DNA from: an uncultured Nitrospiraceae bacterium
GTDB lineage: Bacteria > Nitrospirota > Nitrospiria > Nitrospirales > Nitrospiraceae
NCBI GenBank assembly: GCA_963706325.1
Contig: CAVPLT010000004.1
Coordinates: 576,001-640,000, forward strand
Length of the DNA: 64,000 nt
Direction: 5' to 3'
A program made the position numbers and the translations under genes. The notes beneath the pieces were generated by a model, which was given only the letters and a program-made list of their open reading frames with translations, made no database searches and was not told the DNA's origin. This document shows positions 40,534-51,483 of this stretch, piece by piece; position 1 is the first letter of the stretch; every line of letters starts with the position of its first letter.

Positions 40534-43500
40534 ATGATCGTCCGAATTGTCGAGCTCTCGCTCGTTCAGCGGTTTCTCGTCTGCGCGCTCGGATTCAGCC
40601 TCCTCTTCGGGGGCCTCTACGCGTTCCAACAACTCGACATCGTCGCCTATCCCGATCCCTCGCCTCCCATGGTCGAGGTGATCACGCAGTTTCCCGGCTG
40701 GTCCGCGGAAGAAATCGAACGGCAAATCACCATTCCCATCGAAGTGGCCCTCAACGGGGCTCCTGGCCTCACGGATATTCGATCCCTCTCGATTTTCGGC
40801 CTCAGCGACATCAAGGTCTACTTCGATTTCGGGACGCAATATTTCTTCGACCGCCAGGAAGTTATCAATCGTCTTGCGACCATCAGTCTTCCTCAAAACG
40901 TGCAGCCATCCCTTTCGCCCTGGTGGGCGATCGCTGAGATTTATCGCTATGAACTGGCCGGCGAGGGAAAGACGAGCCTGACCGACCTCAAGACGATTCA
41001 AGACTGGCAGCTGCGCCGGGAATTCAGACGGGTACCGGGAGTGATCGATGTGACGGCGTTCGGAGGCACGACGCAGGAGTATCACGTCGATATCGATCCC
41101 GGGAAGTTGATCAGCTACGGCGTCAGCCTGCCTCAGGTCATGGAAGCCCTCACGAACAGCAATGCCAACGTCGGCGGCAACTATCTGACCGTCGGGGCGC
41201 AAAACTATAACATTCGCGGGCTCGGGCTCATCAATGGCCTGGAGGATATTCAGAATGTGATGGTGGCCGAAAAGGAAGGGACCCCTATTTTCGTCAAGAC
41301 GTTGGGGACCGTGTCGGTCGGCCATCGAGTGCGTTTGGGGAAGGTGGGGATCGACGACCACGACGATGTGGTCGAAGGCGTGATTTTGTTGCAGCGTGGG
41401 TATAAAGCCTTGTCGGTGCTGGAACGAGTGCGCGAGAAGGTTGAAGAGTTGAACAAGTGGAAGTTGCCGGAAGGGGTGAAGATCAAGACCTTTTACGATC
41501 GGACCGCGTTGATCCATACCACGGTCGAAACGGTCACCGATATCCTCATCAGCGGCATGGTGCTCGTCTTTCTCATCCTCTTCCTGTTCCTTGGCAATCT
41601 GCGTGCATCGCTCATCGTTGCCCTGACGATTCCGATGTCGCTGCTGTTTACGTTCACGATGATGGTCATGATCGGGCAGTCAGCCAATCTGATCTCTCTC
41701 GGCGCCATCGATTTCGGCATCATTGTGGATGCCACGCTGATTATGGTGGAGAGTATTTTCTTCCACCTCGCCCACGATCGTCGCTTGGGACTGACGGTTC
41801 CGCAGCTGATCGTGCGAGCGTCTCGCCAGGTGGGGCGGCCGATTTTCTTCTCCACCGCGATCATCGTCGTGGCCTTTGTCCCGCTATTCACGATGACCGG
41901 TGTGCCAGGAAAGATTTTTGCCCCCATGTCCATCACGTATGGATTTGCTCTGTTCGGCGCGCTTCTCATGGCCTTTACGCTGGCGCCGGTCCTTTGCTCG
42001 TTGTTCTTAAACGGCGTGGTGAAGGAAGAGGACACGTGGTTCGTTGGCGCGATTCGACGGACCTACCTTGCGGTGTTGCGATGGGCCTTGAACCACAACC
42101 TGAAGGTCATCGGCGTATCCTTACTGCTCCTCGTGATGGCCTTTGGCGCCATGCAGTTTGTGGGAGGAGAGTTTATGCCGGCGTTGGAAGAAGGCAATCT
42201 ATGGGTGCGCGCCACGATGCCGGTGGACATTTCTTTCGACGAGGCCGCCAGATTGACAGGGGAAATCAGGCAGATGTTCCGAGAGTCGCCGGAAGTCGTC
42301 ACGATTGTCTCTCAGCTTGGGAGACCCGACGACGGAACGGATCCCACCAGCTTTTTCAATGCGGAATTTCTTGCCAACCTCAAGCCGCATAAGGAGTGGC
42401 GCACGGGTTTGGACAAGGATCAGCTGGTGGAAGAAATTGAAGCGCGCCTCAAGTCTATCCCCGGCGTGATTTTCAACTTTTCGCAGGTGATTCAGGACAA
42501 CGTGGAAGAAGCCATGTCAGGTGTGAAGGGCGAGAATTCCATCAAGTTATTCGGCACCGATCTGAAAACGATGGAATCGAAAGCGGTCGAAATCGAGTCG
42601 GTCATGAAGGACGTGCGCGGTGTCAAAGACTTAGGGATTTTCCGTTTGGTCGGACAACCCAATCTCCTGATTCAAGTCGATCGGGAAGCGAGCGCCCGGT
42701 ACGGGCTGCGGGTCTCAGACGTCAATGCGGTGGTGCAGGCGGCGGTGGGTGGACAGGCTGTAACCCAGGTTTATGAAGGTGAACGCCTTTTCGACCTCGT
42801 GGTTCGATTCCTGCCCGAGTTCAGGCGGGATGCCGAAGCCATCGGCAATATTTTGGTCAGTACACCCACTGGGGCGCGGATCCCGTTGAAACAGGTTGCG
42901 ACCATCAAGACTCATACCGGCGCCTTCATCATTTATCGAGAAAACAACGAACGGTATATTCCAATCAAATTCAGCGTTCGTGATCGAGATCTAGAAAGCA
43001 CGGTCAAGGAAGCTCAAGGTAAGATGATGACGGCGGTGTCGTTGCCGGAACGCTACCGGATTGAATGGGCGGGCCAATATGATCAACTGACAGCCGAGCA
43101 AAAACGACTGACGATGATTGTGCCGGTGAGCTTGGTTTTTATTCTGTTCTTGCTCTATACGACCTTCAATTCGCTGAAGAATGCGCTGTTGGTGCTGGTC
43201 ACCGTGCCGTTTGCGCTCATCGGCGGCATCTTCTCCCTGGTGTTGACCGGCACGAATTTCAGTATCTCTGCGGCGGTCGGGGTCATCTCGACGCTGGGAG
43301 TGGCGATCCTCGGAGGAGTCCTGTTAATCTCTCGTATCGAGGATTTTCGACGAAGCGGTGTCGAATTACGGGAAGCCGTCCTCAAAGGCGCGGATGTGCA
43401 GATGCGTCCCATACTCATGGCGACGCTTGCCGCCGCCATCGGATTGCTCCCGGCCGCCTTGGCGACCGGGATCGGATCGCAAGCCCAAAAGCCTCTTGCG

Positions 43501-43638
43501 CGCGTGGTGGTGGGGGGGATGCTCACCGCGGCGGTGTTGATTCTCGTGGTGCTTCCGGTATTGTATGAAGTAGTCCATCGTCGCACGGTCAGTCGGCGAC
43601 CAGTCGACGCGGAACGGGAGGCGCCGGTTCCTCAATAA
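40534..43638 (+). CDS. CusA/CzcA-family heavy-metal RND permease
   Basis: 1034 aa with SANLISLGAIDFGIIVDAT, GGEFMPALEEG, RPILM and QKPLARVVVGG. Confidence 0.95.
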   Translation: MIVRIVELSLVQRFLVCALGFSLLFGGLYAFQQLDIVAYPDPSPPMVEVITQFPGWSAEEIERQITIPIEVALNGAPGLTDIRSLSIFGLSDIKVYFDFGTQYFFDRQEVINRLATISLPQNVQPSLSPWWAIAEIYRYELAGEGKTSLTDLKTIQDWQLRREFRRVPGVIDVTAFGGTTQEYHVDIDPGKLISYGVSLPQVMEALTNSNANVGGNYLTVGAQNYNIRGLGLINGLEDIQNVMVAEKEGTPIFVKTLGTVSVGHRVRLGKVGIDDHDDVVEGVILLQRGYKALSVLERVREKVEELNKWKLPEGVKIKTFYDRTALIHTTVETVTDILISGMVLVFLILFLFLGNLRASLIVALTIPMSLLFTFTMMVMIGQSANLISLGAIDFGIIVDATLIMVESIFFHLAHDRRLGLTVPQLIVRASRQVGRPIFFSTAIIVVAFVPLFTMTGVPGKIFAPMSITYGFALFGALLMAFTLAPVLCSLFLNGVVKEEDTWFVGAIRRTYLAVLRWALNHNLKVIGVSLLLLVMAFGAMQFVGGEFMPALEEGNLWVRATMPVDISFDEAARLTGEIRQMFRESPEVVTIVSQLGRPDDGTDPTSFFNAEFLANLKPHKEWRTGLDKDQLVEEIEARLKSIPGVIFNFSQVIQDNVEEAMSGVKGENSIKLFGTDLKTMESKAVEIESVMKDVRGVKDLGIFRLVGQPNLLIQVDREASARYGLRVSDVNAVVQAAVGGQAVTQVYEGERLFDLVVRFLPEFRRDAEAIGNILVSTPTGARIPLKQVATIKTHTGAFIIYRENNERYIPIKFSVRDRDLESTVKEAQGKMMTAVSLPERYRIEWAGQYDQLTAEQKRLTMIVPVSLVFILFLLYTTFNSLKNALLVLVTVPFALIGGIFSLVLTGTNFSISAAVGVISTLGVAILGGVLLISRIEDFRRSGVELREAVLKGADVQMRPILMATLAAAIGLLPAALATGIGSQAQKPLARVVVGGMLTAAVLILVVLPVLYEVVHRRTVSRRPVDAEREAPVPQ

Positions 43639-43661
43639 TTGCAACTTTCGAGAGGGTAGTC

Positions 43662-44465
43662 ATGATGATTGTACCTCCACAGCAGTGGTTTCGCCGGTCG
43701 TTGGTGTCGAGTCTGGTACTTATGGGCTCGGTCGGGATGCTGGGCCTAGCCTGGTCTGCCTCTCTGGTTTGGCCGGTGCAGATGCCCTATGAGGCGCCGC
43801 CAAAATCAGAGCCGGTTCCCGATGTGTCCGTGGCGCCCAACACGAAGGCTCTCACTTCGGAAGAACTGCAACGGGCGGAAGCGCTCCTGCCGCTGTTGGA
43901 AGGCAAACAGGAGTTTTGGGCGATGGGAGAGTTTGTGCACTTGGGGGAGTCGGTCCTGCCGGTCGTCACCAAGGCGTTGACGATGCCTGGCCCGCGGATC
44001 CGCTACAACGCCATCGAGACCATCTCGATGATTAAGGGCCCGGCAGCCGTCCCTGCCCTTCTGGAAACCGCAAAACTGAGTAATGAACTCCCCCGTATTC
44101 GTGAACATGCATTGCGAGTCGCGGTGCGCCTTGATCCTCTTCAAGCTCCGTCTGCCATTGAGGCGCTGAGCAAGGATGCGAACTCCTCCATTCGCAAGGC
44201 GGCGGCGTTTGAATCTCGGTACGTCCGGCATAAAGATGTGATTCAACCGCTCATCGAATTGGTGGGGGATGAGGAGCGCTATGTCGCGTTGTCCGCCGTG
44301 CAATCGCTGTGGATGTTGACGCGGCATGAAACGGAATTCCACGATTGGGACTCTTCCAGCAAGCAGGATCGGCAGACCTGGGCGCAGGAGTGGGTCGAGT
44401 GGTGGAACGTGTCGAAGGACTCCTTCGAACTGCCGGAGCCCAAGAGTCGGAAGCGCGCGTCCTAA
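43662..44465 (+). CDS. Exported HEAT-repeat protein
   Basis: N-terminal hydrophobic segment and repeated IRYNAIETI / IREHALRV / IRKAAA helices. Confidence 0.8.
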   Translation: MMIVPPQQWFRRSLVSSLVLMGSVGMLGLAWSASLVWPVQMPYEAPPKSEPVPDVSVAPNTKALTSEELQRAEALLPLLEGKQEFWAMGEFVHLGESVLPVVTKALTMPGPRIRYNAIETISMIKGPAAVPALLETAKLSNELPRIREHALRVAVRLDPLQAPSAIEALSKDANSSIRKAAAFESRYVRHKDVIQPLIELVGDEERYVALSAVQSLWMLTRHETEFHDWDSSSKQDRQTWAQEWVEWWNVSKDSFELPEPKSRKRAS

Positions 44466-44746
44466 CCTCATGGGTGAGTATCAACAAACTCTCCAAAAGC
44501 CGGAAGCCCAGAAGTGGCAGCATAGTCAAAATGACCGTCTTGATCGACCGAGGCGCTAAGCATCAAGACCGCCATGCTTGAGATGACGGCGAAAGATTGA
44601 TCTGGCTGTCTGATTCAAGTCGAACTCTTTCAGAACCCTGGAGGAGTCCGGTTGCGGTTATTTATAAGGCCGTGGTAGGAATAAAAGGATCGGTCGTGTC
44701 GCCGATGCCGCTGGCATGATGCGGACATTCACATAAAGGGTGCAGT

Positions 44747-45277
44747 ATGGCTCTATTGGCAATCAGCAAACTCGGGAATCCGATTCTTCGGCAGATGGCC
44801 CTGCCGGTGAGCCCGAGCGAGATCAAGAAGGCAGCATTTCAGCAACTCATCGATGATATGTTGGAAACCATGTACGACGAACCTGGCATCGGTTTGGCCG
44901 CGCCGCAGGTCGGGCGCTCGCAACAGCTTGTCGTCATGGATTGTCCGGGTGAAGGCGGGTTTCCCAAGACGGTGCTTATTAACCCGACGATCCTATTTTA
45001 CGGGCCTGAGCAGGCTGAAGGGTGGGAGGGTTGTTTGAGTGTCGATGGCCTGCGCGGCCGGGTGACGCGACCATCAGCAGTGCGAGTCACGGGGATGGAT
45101 CGTGATGGGAAGATGCTGGATTTTGAAGCCGCCGGGTTGTACGCGGTCTGCATCCAACATGAGTTGGACCACCTCATCGGCAAACTGTTCATCGATCGCA
45201 TGACCGATTTCTCCACGCTGACGCAGATGGAAGAGTTTCAGAAGTACTGGCAAAAAGAAGCGGCCAGTGTTATCTGA
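44747..45277 (+). CDS. def: Peptide deformylase
   Basis: GIGLAAPQ, EGCLS and QHELDHL motifs. Confidence 0.97.
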   Translation: MALLAISKLGNPILRQMALPVSPSEIKKAAFQQLIDDMLETMYDEPGIGLAAPQVGRSQQLVVMDCPGEGGFPKTVLINPTILFYGPEQAEGWEGCLSVDGLRGRVTRPSAVRVTGMDRDGKMLDFEAAGLYAVCIQHELDHLIGKLFIDRMTDFSTLTQMEEFQKYWQKEAASVI

Positions 45278-45301
45278 TCTGTTTCGGATCGACGAGTCGT
45301 C

Positions 45302-47026
45302 GTGAACTCTCTTCTGCGCGTACTATCGTATCTCAAGCCGTTCCGGATGCTGGCTGCGGTGACCTTTGTCTGCGCGGGCCTTGCCACGGCGCTGGAACTC
45401 ATTCCTCCCTACCTCGTCAAAGTCATCATCGATGATGTCATCCAATCCAAACATCCCGAGATGTTGCCGGGAGTGTTGGGGGCGCTCCTCGGATCCTATG
45501 TGCTGCGGAACCTGGTCAGTTCAATGCGCGTGCGTTTCAACAATCTTCTCGAGCAGAAGGCCGTCCATGCATTGCGCATGCAGGTGTTCGGGGCATTGCA
45601 ACGTTTGTCGCTGAGTTATTTCGAGAATCGATCGACCGGAGAGATCATGACTCGGGTGACGAGCGACACAGAACATGTCGAGCGGATCTTCGTGGATGGG
45701 CTCGAAGGTTTGCTGACGGCATCGCTCACCCTGATCGGCATCACGATCATGTTGTTTGTGTTGAATTGGAAGTTGGCGCTGCTGTCTCTGGTGCCTATTC
45801 CCATTCTCGTCCTCTGCGCCGGGTGGTTTACCCGTCGTGTGCATGGCTATTACGCGCAGATGCGCAAGAGCGTGGCAGAGCTCAATGCGTACCTTCAGGA
45901 TGCTCTGTCCGGGATCAAAGAAACGATCGGTTTCAATCAGCATGCGCATGAACGGAACCGATTCGAGACATTAAGCCAGGCCTATAGTCAAAGCAGTCTG
46001 CGCGCGATGTATTTGTGGTCCTGGTATTGGCCTGGCATGGTGTTCCTCGGCAGCACCGGCACGGTGTTGATTTTGTGGTACGGCGCGGGGGAAGTATTGG
46101 CGGGTCATTTAACCGTCGGCCAACTCGTCATGTTTCTTTCATATCTGAGCCTGTTTTATACGCCAATCAACGAGATTCATTCGCTCAATCACATGTTGCA
46201 GCATGCCTTGGCAGCCAGCGAACGCGTGTTCGAAATCCTCGATACCAAGTCGGAGGTGGAAGACCGGCCGGGCGTCGTGCGGCCTGTGGAACGCTTGACG
46301 GGCGCGGTGGAGTACCGGCAGGTTTCCTTCGGCTATCGCCCTCAAGGGCTGGTATTGTCCAATGTGAACCTTAGCGTCAAGCCGGGGGAGCGGATCGCGT
46401 TAGTCGGCCCGAGCGGCGCCGGAAAAACGTCGCTCTTGAAACTGTTGATGCGGTTTTATGACGTGCGCAGCGGCGCGGTGCTGGTGGATGGCTACGACGT
46501 GCGGGACTTGCCGGTGGATTTTGTGAGAAGTCAGATCGGCCTGGTGCAGCAGGAGCCGTTTCTCTTCAACGGGACGGTACGCGAGAATATCGTGTACAGC
46601 GACTTGTCCGCCGGCCACGAACGGGTCGAAGCGGCCGCTCGCGCGGCGCGGGCGCACGATTTCATCATCCGTTTGCCGGATGGATACGATAGCTGGATCG
46701 GCGAGCGCGGCGTGAAGTTATCGGTGGGGCAGAAGCAGCGGGTGTCGATTGCGCGTGTGTTGTTGAAAGACCCGCCGATCGTGATCTTCGATGAAGCGAC
46801 CTCAAATATTGATACGGAAACCGAGGTGAAGATTCGCGAGGCGCTGAATGATCTGACGCAGGGGCGCACCACCTTCATCATCGCGCATCGTTTGGCGACG
46901 CTGCATGATGTGGATCGCATCATCGTGGTGGAACAGGGTACCATCGTTGAAGAGGGCGGTCATGAAGAACTCATGCGTGTCGGTGGCGTCTACGCAGGGT
47001 TGTATGAGGCACAGTTCAAGATTTAA
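45302..47026 (+). CDS. ABC exporter, fused permease/ATPase (MsbA/MdlB-like)
   Basis: Six-TM domain, GPSGAGKT, LSVGQKQR, DEATSNID and IAHRL. Confidence 0.93.
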   Translation: MNSLLRVLSYLKPFRMLAAVTFVCAGLATALELIPPYLVKVIIDDVIQSKHPEMLPGVLGALLGSYVLRNLVSSMRVRFNNLLEQKAVHALRMQVFGALQRLSLSYFENRSTGEIMTRVTSDTEHVERIFVDGLEGLLTASLTLIGITIMLFVLNWKLALLSLVPIPILVLCAGWFTRRVHGYYAQMRKSVAELNAYLQDALSGIKETIGFNQHAHERNRFETLSQAYSQSSLRAMYLWSWYWPGMVFLGSTGTVLILWYGAGEVLAGHLTVGQLVMFLSYLSLFYTPINEIHSLNHMLQHALAASERVFEILDTKSEVEDRPGVVRPVERLTGAVEYRQVSFGYRPQGLVLSNVNLSVKPGERIALVGPSGAGKTSLLKLLMRFYDVRSGAVLVDGYDVRDLPVDFVRSQIGLVQQEPFLFNGTVRENIVYSDLSAGHERVEAAARAARAHDFIIRLPDGYDSWIGERGVKLSVGQKQRVSIARVLLKDPPIVIFDEATSNIDTETEVKIREALNDLTQGRTTFIIAHRLATLHDVDRIIVVEQGTIVEEGGHEELMRVGGVYAGLYEAQFKI

Positions 47027-47104
47027 TATGATAGATGCAATGGTTGCAGGCCGTCGAATGACGGTCAGTATACTCCGTCACCGACCACAGGATGTCTTAT
47101 AACC

Positions 47105-47299
47105 ATGGTGTTGATTTACGAGAGTGATCCGCTTGACAATGAGGACGCCCGAGGGCGTTTTTATCATGTGTGTCGTGGCCGTATCGAGCGGACTGAGATC
47201 CAGCTGCCGGCAGGTCAATCGATCTTTGAGTGCGGCGTGTGTGGAGTCGATCTGGAGCCGGAAGATTTTTGGATCGCACGACAGAAGGGATCGGTATAA
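47105..47299 (+). CDS. Small zinc-ribbon-like hypothetical protein
   Basis: HVC...CGVC, 64 aa, adjacent to the next small ORF. Confidence 0.6.
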   Translation: MVLIYESDPLDNEDARGRFYHVCRGRIERTEIQLPAGQSIFECGVCGVDLEPEDFWIARQKGSV

Positions 47300-47300
47300 C

Positions 47301-47510
47301 ATGGCTGGAAGCGCAGGCCGAAAGACGGTGTCTGTCTCACGCGGGCTCATGATGTTGTGTGAGGTCTGTTACGACGAAGTGTACAACGAGAAGCTGCCTG
47401 ACGCTCGGAATTTTATCGCTGACCATGAAGCATTGTTCGATACGATTTGTATGGGCTGCACCGACATCAATCGACCATTGATCGATGACATGCTTGGCAG
47501 CTCCGAGTAA
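47301..47510 (+). CDS. Small double-CxxC hypothetical protein
   Basis: CEVC...CMGC. ATG lies 1 nt after the previous stop. Confidence 0.6.
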   Translation: MAGSAGRKTVSVSRGLMMLCEVCYDEVYNEKLPDARNFIADHEALFDTICMGCTDINRPLIDDMLGSSE

Positions 47511-47894
47511 TCACCTTGGGGCCTCATAGAGCATGACCTCGCAAAAAGCTGCCGCGCAGTTTCGACGATTCCCCCTCAGGCAACCACCTTGCGCAATCGG
47601 CTAATCGGGTAGCGTCGCTTCGACCTCCTCTCCTCCGTAGCATCTCGGAGTCAATCTCTGCGACCACAGACGGCGGCCATTCCTGGCCAGGAGGAAATAA
47701 ACCTCGTGGCGATGGAGCGACCTCATCGGTGCTGTCCGCGACGGTTGTCATTGCAAAGTTCTTCAGCAGACGCTAGCGGCTGAGAGGGGGAGTGGTTCGA
47801 CGGGAGTGGCTGCGGATGCGCCGGCTCAACCGTTCGTTGAGTGATTGCCGGCTGGGCAGTTCGGAACAGGCGCCTTCCGTGCTACCCCGCGGCC

Positions 47895-48224
47895 TTACTT
47901 GCAGACTTTTCCGTCGAAGTGCAGGCAGGTGGACTCGCCTGATTTGACCTTCCAGCTTTTTAACAGGGGGGGCTGGCCCTCCCGCGTTTCCACCACAATA
48001 TCGACTAGTCCAGATTGCGGCAGTTTCTCCATGTGCGGACGGCCCGCTTCGGGCACTTCTACCCAGAAGACGGCCCCGAGGGTCGAAATCAGGATGCGGC
48101 TATTATCGACGTCTATGTTGATAATCGGACTGTAGTAACTCTTTTCCGCTGCGGAAGCATTCACGGGAAGCATGATAAAACCAAGGCTCAGAATGAGTGC
48201 GAAGCGCAATAAGATAAGCCGCAT
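47895..48224 (-). CDS. Small exported hypothetical protein
   Basis: Signal peptide ending ASA-AE, RBS AAGGGGG and a C-terminal Cys pair. Confidence 0.7.
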   Translation of the reverse strand: MRLILLRFALILSLGFIMLPVNASAAEKSYYSPIINIDVDNSRILISTLGAVFWVEVPEAGRPHMEKLPQSGLVDIVVETREGQPPLLKSWKVKSGESTCLHFDGKVCK

Positions 48225-48322
48225 CGATCGCCCCCTTCGATGATAGATCAAGGCGCGATTATGCCATCGTTGTTGATTGATTGGTAGAGGGAAGGCGGTA
48301 GTATTGTGTGGGCGGTGGATGG

Positions 48323-48835
48323 CTATACAATATGAATATCGGCGGGACGGACGTGGCCGCCGGTGATCCAATAGGTGCGAATGTCCGCTGCGGGCTCGTG
48401 CATGAGGGAGACCAAGAGATAGGCAGGGATCGGCAGGTTGATGCGTTGCCAGATTTCCTCATAATCGGAAGCGATCTTGATGTCGGTGTGCGAAGGTCTG
48501 GCGGGGTCTTTCGGATGCGAATGGTAGACCACTTGGAGTTCGAGCCCGTTCTTGCGGATGTCTTTCTTGGCGGCTGAGAAATCCTGCATATCCATGACGA
48601 AGGCGATCTCGGCGCGTTCCTCTGGGGACAGTCGTTCGAGATGTGCGATTTTGTCGTCATCGAAGGTGGACAGCTTTTCAGCCCCCTCAACGGCTACAAT
48701 GTTCGTGATGCGATAAAGATGCGTCACCGTCTTGTTCGTGCCGGCGAGCAGACCACAGCATTCGAAGGGAGCCAGCTCGCGGGCGTGTGCGACGATTTCA
48801 TCCAGGATGTGCTTCGGGATCGAAAGGTCGGGCAT
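48323..48835 (-). CDS. JAB/MPN (M67) metallopeptidase, Mec-like
   Basis: ECCGLL and YHSHP....RPS.TD JAMM motif. Confidence 0.92.
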   Translation of the reverse strand: MPDLSIPKHILDEIVAHARELAPFECCGLLAGTNKTVTHLYRITNIVAVEGAEKLSTFDDDKIAHLERLSPEERAEIAFVMDMQDFSAAKKDIRKNGLELQVVYHSHPKDPARPSHTDIKIASDYEEIWQRINLPIPAYLLVSLMHEPAADIRTYWITGGHVRPADIHIV

Positions 48836-48836
48836 G

Positions 48837-49640
48837 TTAGATAGTGCAGGAGACGCTATAGTCTCCGCCTAGATCCTTGATGGTCGGTGTGGCGCTGCAA
48901 AGGGGGCAACGCGGGTCCTTGGGACGGGATACCTTGCGAAACTTCATTTCCAACGCATCGTAAATCACGAGTTTATCCGCCAGCGTTTCGCCGATACCGA
49001 GAATCTCTTTGATTGCCTCCGAGGCTTGCAAGACTCCCATCGTTCCGGCCAAGACGCCGAGCACACCGGCCTCTTGGCAATTCGGGACCAGGCCGGCCGG
49101 CGGCGGCTCCGGATAGAGGCATCGATAGCAGGGCTGTCCGACATGCGGCTTGATGGTTGTGAGCTGCCCTTCGAAACGGAACATGCTGGCGGAGATGAGC
49201 GTTTTCTTGGCAAAGAAACAAGCATCGTTGACCAAAAACCTGGTCGTGAAATTGTCGGACCCGTCCAACACGATGTCGTACTCTGCCACGAGCCCGAGAA
49301 TGTTCTCGGTATCGACGTTCATCTGATACGTCTTGATGGTGATATCAGGATTGATGGCCGCCAGCATTTTTCGGCCGGACTCTACTTTTGGCGTCCCAAT
49401 CGTGGCGGTAGTATGAAGAATCTGCCGCTGGAGATTCGACAGATCCACGACATCGCCGTCTACCAGTCCGATTGTGCCGATACCGGCCGCAGCCAAATAG
49501 AGGGCTGCAGGGGACCCGAGGCCTCCGGCCCCGATCAGCAAGACTTTGGCTTTGGATAGCTTGACCTGTCCCTTGCCGCCGACTTCGTTGAGAATGATGT
49601 GCCGACTATAACGCTGAATCTGTTGTTCTGTAAATTCCAT
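48837..49640 (-). CDS. moeB: MoeB/ThiF-family adenylyltransferase (E1-like), copy 1
   Basis: RYSRHI, GAGGLG, SNLQRQ, CYRC, CQEAGVLG and CPLC. Confidence 0.92.
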   Translation of the reverse strand: MEFTEQQIQRYSRHIILNEVGGKGQVKLSKAKVLLIGAGGLGSPAALYLAAAGIGTIGLVDGDVVDLSNLQRQILHTTATIGTPKVESGRKMLAAINPDITIKTYQMNVDTENILGLVAEYDIVLDGSDNFTTRFLVNDACFFAKKTLISASMFRFEGQLTTIKPHVGQPCYRCLYPEPPPAGLVPNCQEAGVLGVLAGTMGVLQASEAIKEILGIGETLADKLVIYDALEMKFRKVSRPKDPRCPLCSATPTIKDLGGDYSVSCTI

Positions 49641-49708
49641 GTGACTGGTCTCTCGTCGTTCGGGAACGTGAAGCGTCAGGTGTGGAGGGAGATACGCGAC
49701 AGGCCGTG

Positions 49709-49948
49709 TTATTCGACCACGTTCAATTCAATGGGGTCCACGACGCAGCCCTTGGTCCGGATGCCATCGATGGCGCGTTCGATTTCCTCTGTCTCACCGG
49801 TCAGTTCGAGATCCATCCAGCCAGTCGTCTCGCGCACATCGGCGCGGCGCACGTTGGTCACCACCTTGAACTCATGTCCGATCTGGTAAATGATCGGTTC
49901 CTTGATCTTGTTCTCGGGAAAGCGAATATGGAATCGTAAGCTGGTCAT
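49709..49948 (-). CDS. Stand-alone NIL-domain protein
   Basis: EPIIYQIGHEFKVVTNVRRADV...GWMDLELTG pattern. Confidence 0.85.
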   Translation of the reverse strand: MTSLRFHIRFPENKIKEPIIYQIGHEFKVVTNVRRADVRETTGWMDLELTGETEEIERAIDGIRTKGCVVDPIELNVVE

Positions 49949-49950
49949 GG

Positions 49951-50223
49951 CTACCCTCCGGCGATCGCAGGAACGATGGATACTTCATCGCCGTCTTTGA
50001 GTGAGGTCTCTTTTCCGTTCAGGAAGCGGATATCCTCTTCGTTGACGTAGATGTTGACGAAACGACGTAGGTCACCCTTGTCATCGCACAGCCGGTTCTT
50101 CAGGCCGGGATAGGCAGCGTCCAGCGATCCGATCATATCCATAACGTTGGCTGCGGCAGATTCAACTTCGCCTTGGCCCTTCGTGAGCGGACGCAGTGGA
50201 GTTGGAATACGAACTTTAATCAT
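49951..50223 (-). CDS. MoaD/CysO-family ubiquitin-like sulfur carrier
   Basis: IPTPLR, RRFVNIYVNEEDIR and C-terminal PAIAGG. Confidence 0.93.
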   Translation of the reverse strand: MIKVRIPTPLRPLTKGQGEVESAAANVMDMIGSLDAAYPGLKNRLCDDKGDLRRFVNIYVNEEDIRFLNGKETSLKDGDEVSIVPAIAGG

Positions 50224-51470
50224 GAGTCACCACCACTGTTCTTTCCCATTTTGAATGTTCTTTGAAAGTTGACCAGGCTGGGCTGGATACGGAACGGGCG
50301 TCCCACCGCATCCACGACCGCTTCCTGGGTCTTGAGCCCGTTTCCGGTGATATAGGCCACGGTCACGTCGCTCTTCTTAATGAGCCCCTGTTTCACGAGT
50401 TTGCAGAGGACGCCGATGGTGACGCCGCCGGCCGTCTCGGCAAAAATGCCTTCGGTCTGGGCCAAAAGCTTGATCCCTTCGACTATTTCCTCATCGGTCA
50501 CCGCGTCCATCGCGCCTTTGCTTTCGCCCGTGGCTTTCAAGGCATAATACCCATCCGCCGGGTTGCCGATCGCAAGTGACTTGGCGATGGTCTTCGGCTT
50601 GACGGGCTTGAAGAAATCCCGGCCGGCCTTGAAGGCGGTGGCAATCGGGGAACAACCTTCGGCCTGCGCGCCGTTGATCTTTGTGCGGACCTGATCGACC
50701 AATCCCAACGCATGCATTTCGTGCAATCCCTTCCAAATCTTCGTCAGCAGAGAGCCGGACGCCATGGGGATGACGGCTTGATCCGGTGTGCGCCAGCCAA
50801 GTTGTTCAATCGTCTCAAACGCCAGCGTCTTCGACCCCTCGGCATAGTAGGGTCGAATGTTGATGTTGACGAAAGCCCACCCATGTTCGCCGGCGATTTC
50901 GCTGCAGAGCCGGTTCACATCGTCGTAGTTGCCTTCAACCTCCACGACATTCGGCTTGTAGATCAAATTGCCGAGAACCTTCGCGGCTTCAAGATCGGCC
51001 GGGATGAACACATAACACTTCATACCCGCTGCGGCTGCATGCGCTGCCACGGAGTTGGCCAGATTGCCGGTTGAGGCGCAGGCCACGGTTTCGAATCCGA
51101 GTTCGCGCGCCCGCGTCAGCGCCACCGAGACGACGCGATCCTTGAAGGAGAGCGTCGGGTGGTTGACCGTATCGTTCTTGATGTACAACTCGTCGATGCC
51201 AAGGTACGCGCCGAGATTTTTCGCCCGCACCAACGGCGTCAGTCCCGCATGGGGGCCGATGATCGCGGTGCTTTCCACGGGCAAGAGGTCGATGTAGCGC
51301 CACATGCTGTGCGGGCCCTGTTCGATCTTCTTCCGGGAGATTGTGCTCTTGATCTCCTCATAGTTGTATTTCACTTCGAGTGGGCCGAAGCACATCTCAC
51401 AGACGTGGATGGCTTTGGGCGGATATTCCTTCCCACATTCCCGGCAGACCAGCGCTTTCATTTTCGCCAT
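50220..51470 (-). CDS. thrC: Threonine synthase-family PLP enzyme
   Basis: N-terminal CxxC pairs, PTLSFKDR, ASTGNLA, EGSKT and TGNGLK. The exact reaction is uncertain (see findings). Confidence 0.85.
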   Translation of the reverse strand: MAKMKALVCRECGKEYPPKAIHVCEMCFGPLEVKYNYEEIKSTISRKKIEQGPHSMWRYIDLLPVESTAIIGPHAGLTPLVRAKNLGAYLGIDELYIKNDTVNHPTLSFKDRVVSVALTRARELGFETVACASTGNLANSVAAHAAAAGMKCYVFIPADLEAAKVLGNLIYKPNVVEVEGNYDDVNRLCSEIAGEHGWAFVNINIRPYYAEGSKTLAFETIEQLGWRTPDQAVIPMASGSLLTKIWKGLHEMHALGLVDQVRTKINGAQAEGCSPIATAFKAGRDFFKPVKPKTIAKSLAIGNPADGYYALKATGESKGAMDAVTDEEIVEGIKLLAQTEGIFAETAGGVTIGVLCKLVKQGLIKKSDVTVAYITGNGLKTQEAVVDAVGRPFRIQPSLVNFQRTFKMGKNSGGDS

Positions 51471-51483
51471 GGAGACACCTTCG

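Noticed and set aside
39715..41517. 600-aa minus-strand ORF
   Set aside because: It is the antisense shadow of the RND adaptor and permease genes and has no motifs.
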